64,000 bases of DNA from Klebsormidium nitens. Lineage: Eukaryota > Plantae > Klebsormidiophyceae. Below the pieces are notes generated by a model. The model made no database searches and was not told where the DNA came from. It saw only the letters and a program-made list of their open reading frames with translations. Numbering within the stretch: position 1 is the stretch's first letter; every line of letters starts with the position of its first letter. This document shows, piece after piece, positions 61,101-64,000 of the stretch. The stretch covers positions 1 through 64,000 of the forward strand of contig DF236952.1 of assembly GCA_000708835.1 (NCBI GenBank). The letters are read 5' to 3'. The position numbers were made by a program, and so were the translations under genes.

Positions 61101-62501
61101 GTGCGCAGGGTCGTGTTCCTGTTCTCCTTAATTCCCGCATTCTGTTTTCCCTTGTCTGTTCTCAATTTTGTTTCCGCCTCACGTCGTCTCCGTATCCCAT
61201 CGCCCTTGTTTATAAGTTGTCAATCTCTGTCTGGAGGGGCATTTTGTGGGGTTTGGTTACATCGTCAAGACTTCTATTTCCGCAAAGTAAGTTTTCTTAG
61301 ACGCTATTAGTAGGGGCGCACGTGACTTTGCGATCCTTCAAGTTTGTCAGTCAGAGGTCACTCAGAGATTGGGCGTTGCACAAGTAGAAGGAGACAAGGA
61401 AACGGAACTGCAACACCACCTCGACGATATTGGAACTGAAAGCACGTTGGCCACAACAAACTAGCTGCACGTCTTGTCCTGTTCGTTCTTCGCGTGTTCC
61501 TTTCGGGCGAATTCTGGTCTCGTATGACGCAAGGACTCGGTCCTGCTCTGACGAAAACGGCATGATAATTGGAACGAATCTCAGCGGGCCACTAATCGGG
61601 CGTCTTTTCGTCGGCTTTGCGAGTGTCAAATGCTTGTCAAAGTCAGCAACGCCCTCCAGATACCTTTGCTCCCTTTATCCGAGGTTGTATGATATTGATG
61701 TGATATGTGTCCTGGACACAGGGTATGAACGTTAGACAATCCGACAGTGAAACGAAAGCTGTTGCTGGCGTTCTGAGTTAGCTTCAGTTTACGAACCGTC
61801 ACTAGAACTGATCGGAGACGTCTTCTTAACTCCGACCGTTGTTTGCTGCCTCCAGCCCGGAGCTGATGCGGGACAAGGACTTGCTGGGAGGCGGGGACGA
61901 TTTCCAGCAGCGGCTAGCACGAGAAAGGCAGCGGCGAGAGAAGCGCGTTGCGGCAAAGGCCGACGCCGTTGCGGAAAAGGTGACGGCATACGAAGCAGCG
62001 GAACAGGCAAAGCTCAATCAGTTCCGGGTAAGTGGCGATCGTTACGATTGTCTCAACGGCGGGTGTGAGAGCTTCTGATGACAGGCCTGGCGGGACAAGA
62101 TGAGAAAATTTTGTTGATGCGGAAGCATCAGAGAGTGTGGTAGGTGTTGCGCCTGTGCTGCGTCGATATAGAGATCAATCTCTTTGTAGCTGACTGAAGG
62201 GTCGACAGGCGCTTGAATTGGATAAACAGAGCAATGCACCAGTTTGATTCAAATGGCGGGCTGGTCTCTGTAGTTGGGCGTGTTTGTTGATTATCTGCTG
62301 GCATTTGGCACGTTCTCATGCCTCTAATGTTGCCTTGGTGCACTCTCTTATCAGAGCGCAACGATGACTTAGAGCGGCAACCTTTCTAGATGAGTGTCTT
62401 AGAATCTTTATTACTCCACTGAACACCCGGTATCGGTTTGCGTGCAGGCGCTGATTGGGGCTTCAGGAGGAAAGATAAGCATATCAAAACGGGCCGAATG
62501 A
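58167..62501 (+). CDS. SCI1: Style cell-cycle inhibitor 1 (SCI1)-like protein, long form with charged C-terminal extension
   Basis: Exon 1 (58167-58621) is K/R/E/S-rich. The core is VEPISTGDYFQKNAEFATWLREGRGIFFSDLSSDQAHALFDAFVTVYNEGKLP|EKYYDGI..FTWAIK (~59749-60286). The extension is ELLLDEMLPKATGREAALEKKAARR (~60920-61100), LLGGGDDFQQRLARE..QAKLNQFR (~61856-62027) and a last exon at 62448-62501. Confidence 0.82.
58937..58980. repeat. 22-bp tandem duplication (intronic)
   Basis: aaaatttgtcttgaagcttcaa x2. Confidence 0.95.
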
Positions 62502-63199
62502 AAGAAACCTTCTGGTTTTGAGAAACTCAAGTGTGCAGATGTCCTTCGTGTACAGCTACTGTCGTATTTGTCGTACAATGTACTGCAGTCCGACAGCTCA
62601 TGTCCATGCCATATGGAGTCATAATGACCTTAAAATGATTGTACCAGACGGCCATAAACCTAGTGTGTAGTCATTCCGTAAGCATGCGGCCACATCGTGT
62701 GCGGATCGTCAGTGCAAGACCGTCTATGTTTGACGATGCTAGAGACCCATGCCCACATGAATCTGAGCGTATCCTACTCGTGAGTCGTGTATGCCTATCT
62801 TACTACAAAGGCCGGCCGCGCAAATTTGTCAGAAGTTGGGTCATACGCAGCATGCGTGCGCCGCAAACGAAGGATACTGCAGCTGGCACACAGAATTGCA
62901 CACATGTACCTATATACGGTCACATGCCCGCGGCTGCGGTGTGCATGGGCCAACTGTTCGACGATCGACAAGCACCGTCTTATAGCTGCCGACGACGCGG
63001 TCGCTCTGCGTATGCCAACACATCAGGTCATGTTTCCATGCATATATATGCACACCCGATCTTTCAAAACTCGATCGACCAGAAACTTCAATTGACCCCC
63101 GCATGGAAGCGCAATTGTCATGTAGACAATCAGATGCGAATGTGCTATCTTTATACACGATATAAATGATAAGTAACAGTGTGCGAGCAACTTGGCTTG

Positions 63200-64000
63200 T
63201 TGAAGAACCCGTCTCGCCTTGTTGCTTTCGATCAGTCAATGCGCGAGGCCCTTCGCTCTAAGAAATAACCTGTACAACTCAGCGCCCCCCTCGTGGCATC
63301 CTGGCATTTTCGGCGCTTCAATGTCCACTTCCTCCTGCATGATACGTCACCAGGAGCACGATAAAGGCAACAGCCAAGAGCAGAAACCAGCACCTTCTCC
63401 AGCTCGATATGCATTCTCATAGCGGAAGGACTTAAAGTCGATCCTCGTTTGTTCTTTTTGGCTCACTACTACCGTCCCTTTAAGAATTTTAAGCCGACTC
63501 AGAGGACACCCCTGGCAAATGTCAACTGATAAGTGCAGGGTCTGACCCACTCTTGAGATGTTGGCCAAGAGGATCCGTACCCTTGAGGATGACGAGAGTG
63601 ATCTCTTGCCAGCGATTCCCGCAGGCTTACATACGTCTGCGGCTTGTGAATGAAGCTAATCAAGCAGCGTTTACTTCGATTGCAGACCGTGCAGAAGTGA
63701 AGGCACTCTCTTCAGTTTCTGGTTTATCGGCGAGCTCGCTTGAAGACAGAGTCAGAAAGCTCACCTGCGTGCAAGCAGTCAGCTTCGTGGACTCGTTCTT
63801 GTCCATTGCGGTGGCATAGTGCTGTTGAATCTCGGAGGAGGAGAGAGCGCATTGAACGTAGAAGAAGGCCGTGGGCCGCATGCTCGTTTTCCGTCGACTG
63901 ATGCCAAGGAAGACGGGAGGGGACTGCAGAAAAGCAGCGATGCATCGCATCATTTGAGGGGAGAAGACAAGCCCGAGCATTACCATGATAAGTAGAAGGG
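63200..64000 (-). CDS. Probable 3' exons of a gene truncated by the window end
   Basis: GC-rich segments bounded by cag|...|gtgag at ~63773-63925, plus candidate exons at ~63540-63622 and ~63272-63335. The reading frame and product are unresolved. Confidence 0.25.

Noticed and set aside
63773-63925. FYVQCALSSSEIQQHY resembling the end of a LamG domain
   Set aside because: Too short, the frame is ambiguous, and the gene is cut off by the window edge.
1-64000. CRISPR arrays, rRNA, tRNA, LTR/LINE/DNA-transposon coding sequence
   Set aside because: None seen. The repeats are two-copy local duplications without spacers, and I found no RT, integrase or transposase motifs.

Overview
Eukaryotic, intron-rich, GC-exon-biased DNA. 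The gene content (NPH3/RPT2-like, DUF4091, DUF1338, SCI1-like, plant-type histidine kinase) points to a streptophyte alga such as Klebsormidium; this is an inference. Most ORFs in the supplied track are exon fragments or antisense shadows, so I rebuilt genes by hand from GT-AG boundaries and protein motifs. Nine genes are well supported, in order: a 4xPAS hybrid histidine kinase (-), a divergent BTB-NPH3 protein (-), a DHHC-family S-acyltransferase carrying HHHC instead of DHHC (-), a thioredoxin with a hydrophobic MVCxxC N-terminal extension (+), a DUF4091/GH123-like protein (-), an NSUN6-like m5C methyltransferase (-), a DUF1338/HglS-like dioxygenase (+), a single-exon S28 peptidase (-), and a long-form SCI1-like protein (+). 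Two further genes are uncertain. I saw no rRNA, tRNA, CRISPR array or autonomous transposon. The best novelty candidate is a C18orf32/UPF0729-like membrane segment fused to a thioredoxin, a fusion invisible in the ORF track. That gene lies head-to-head with the HHHC acyltransferase. Homolog names and locus IDs are from memory and need database confirmation. Inner exon coordinates marked ~ are approximate.
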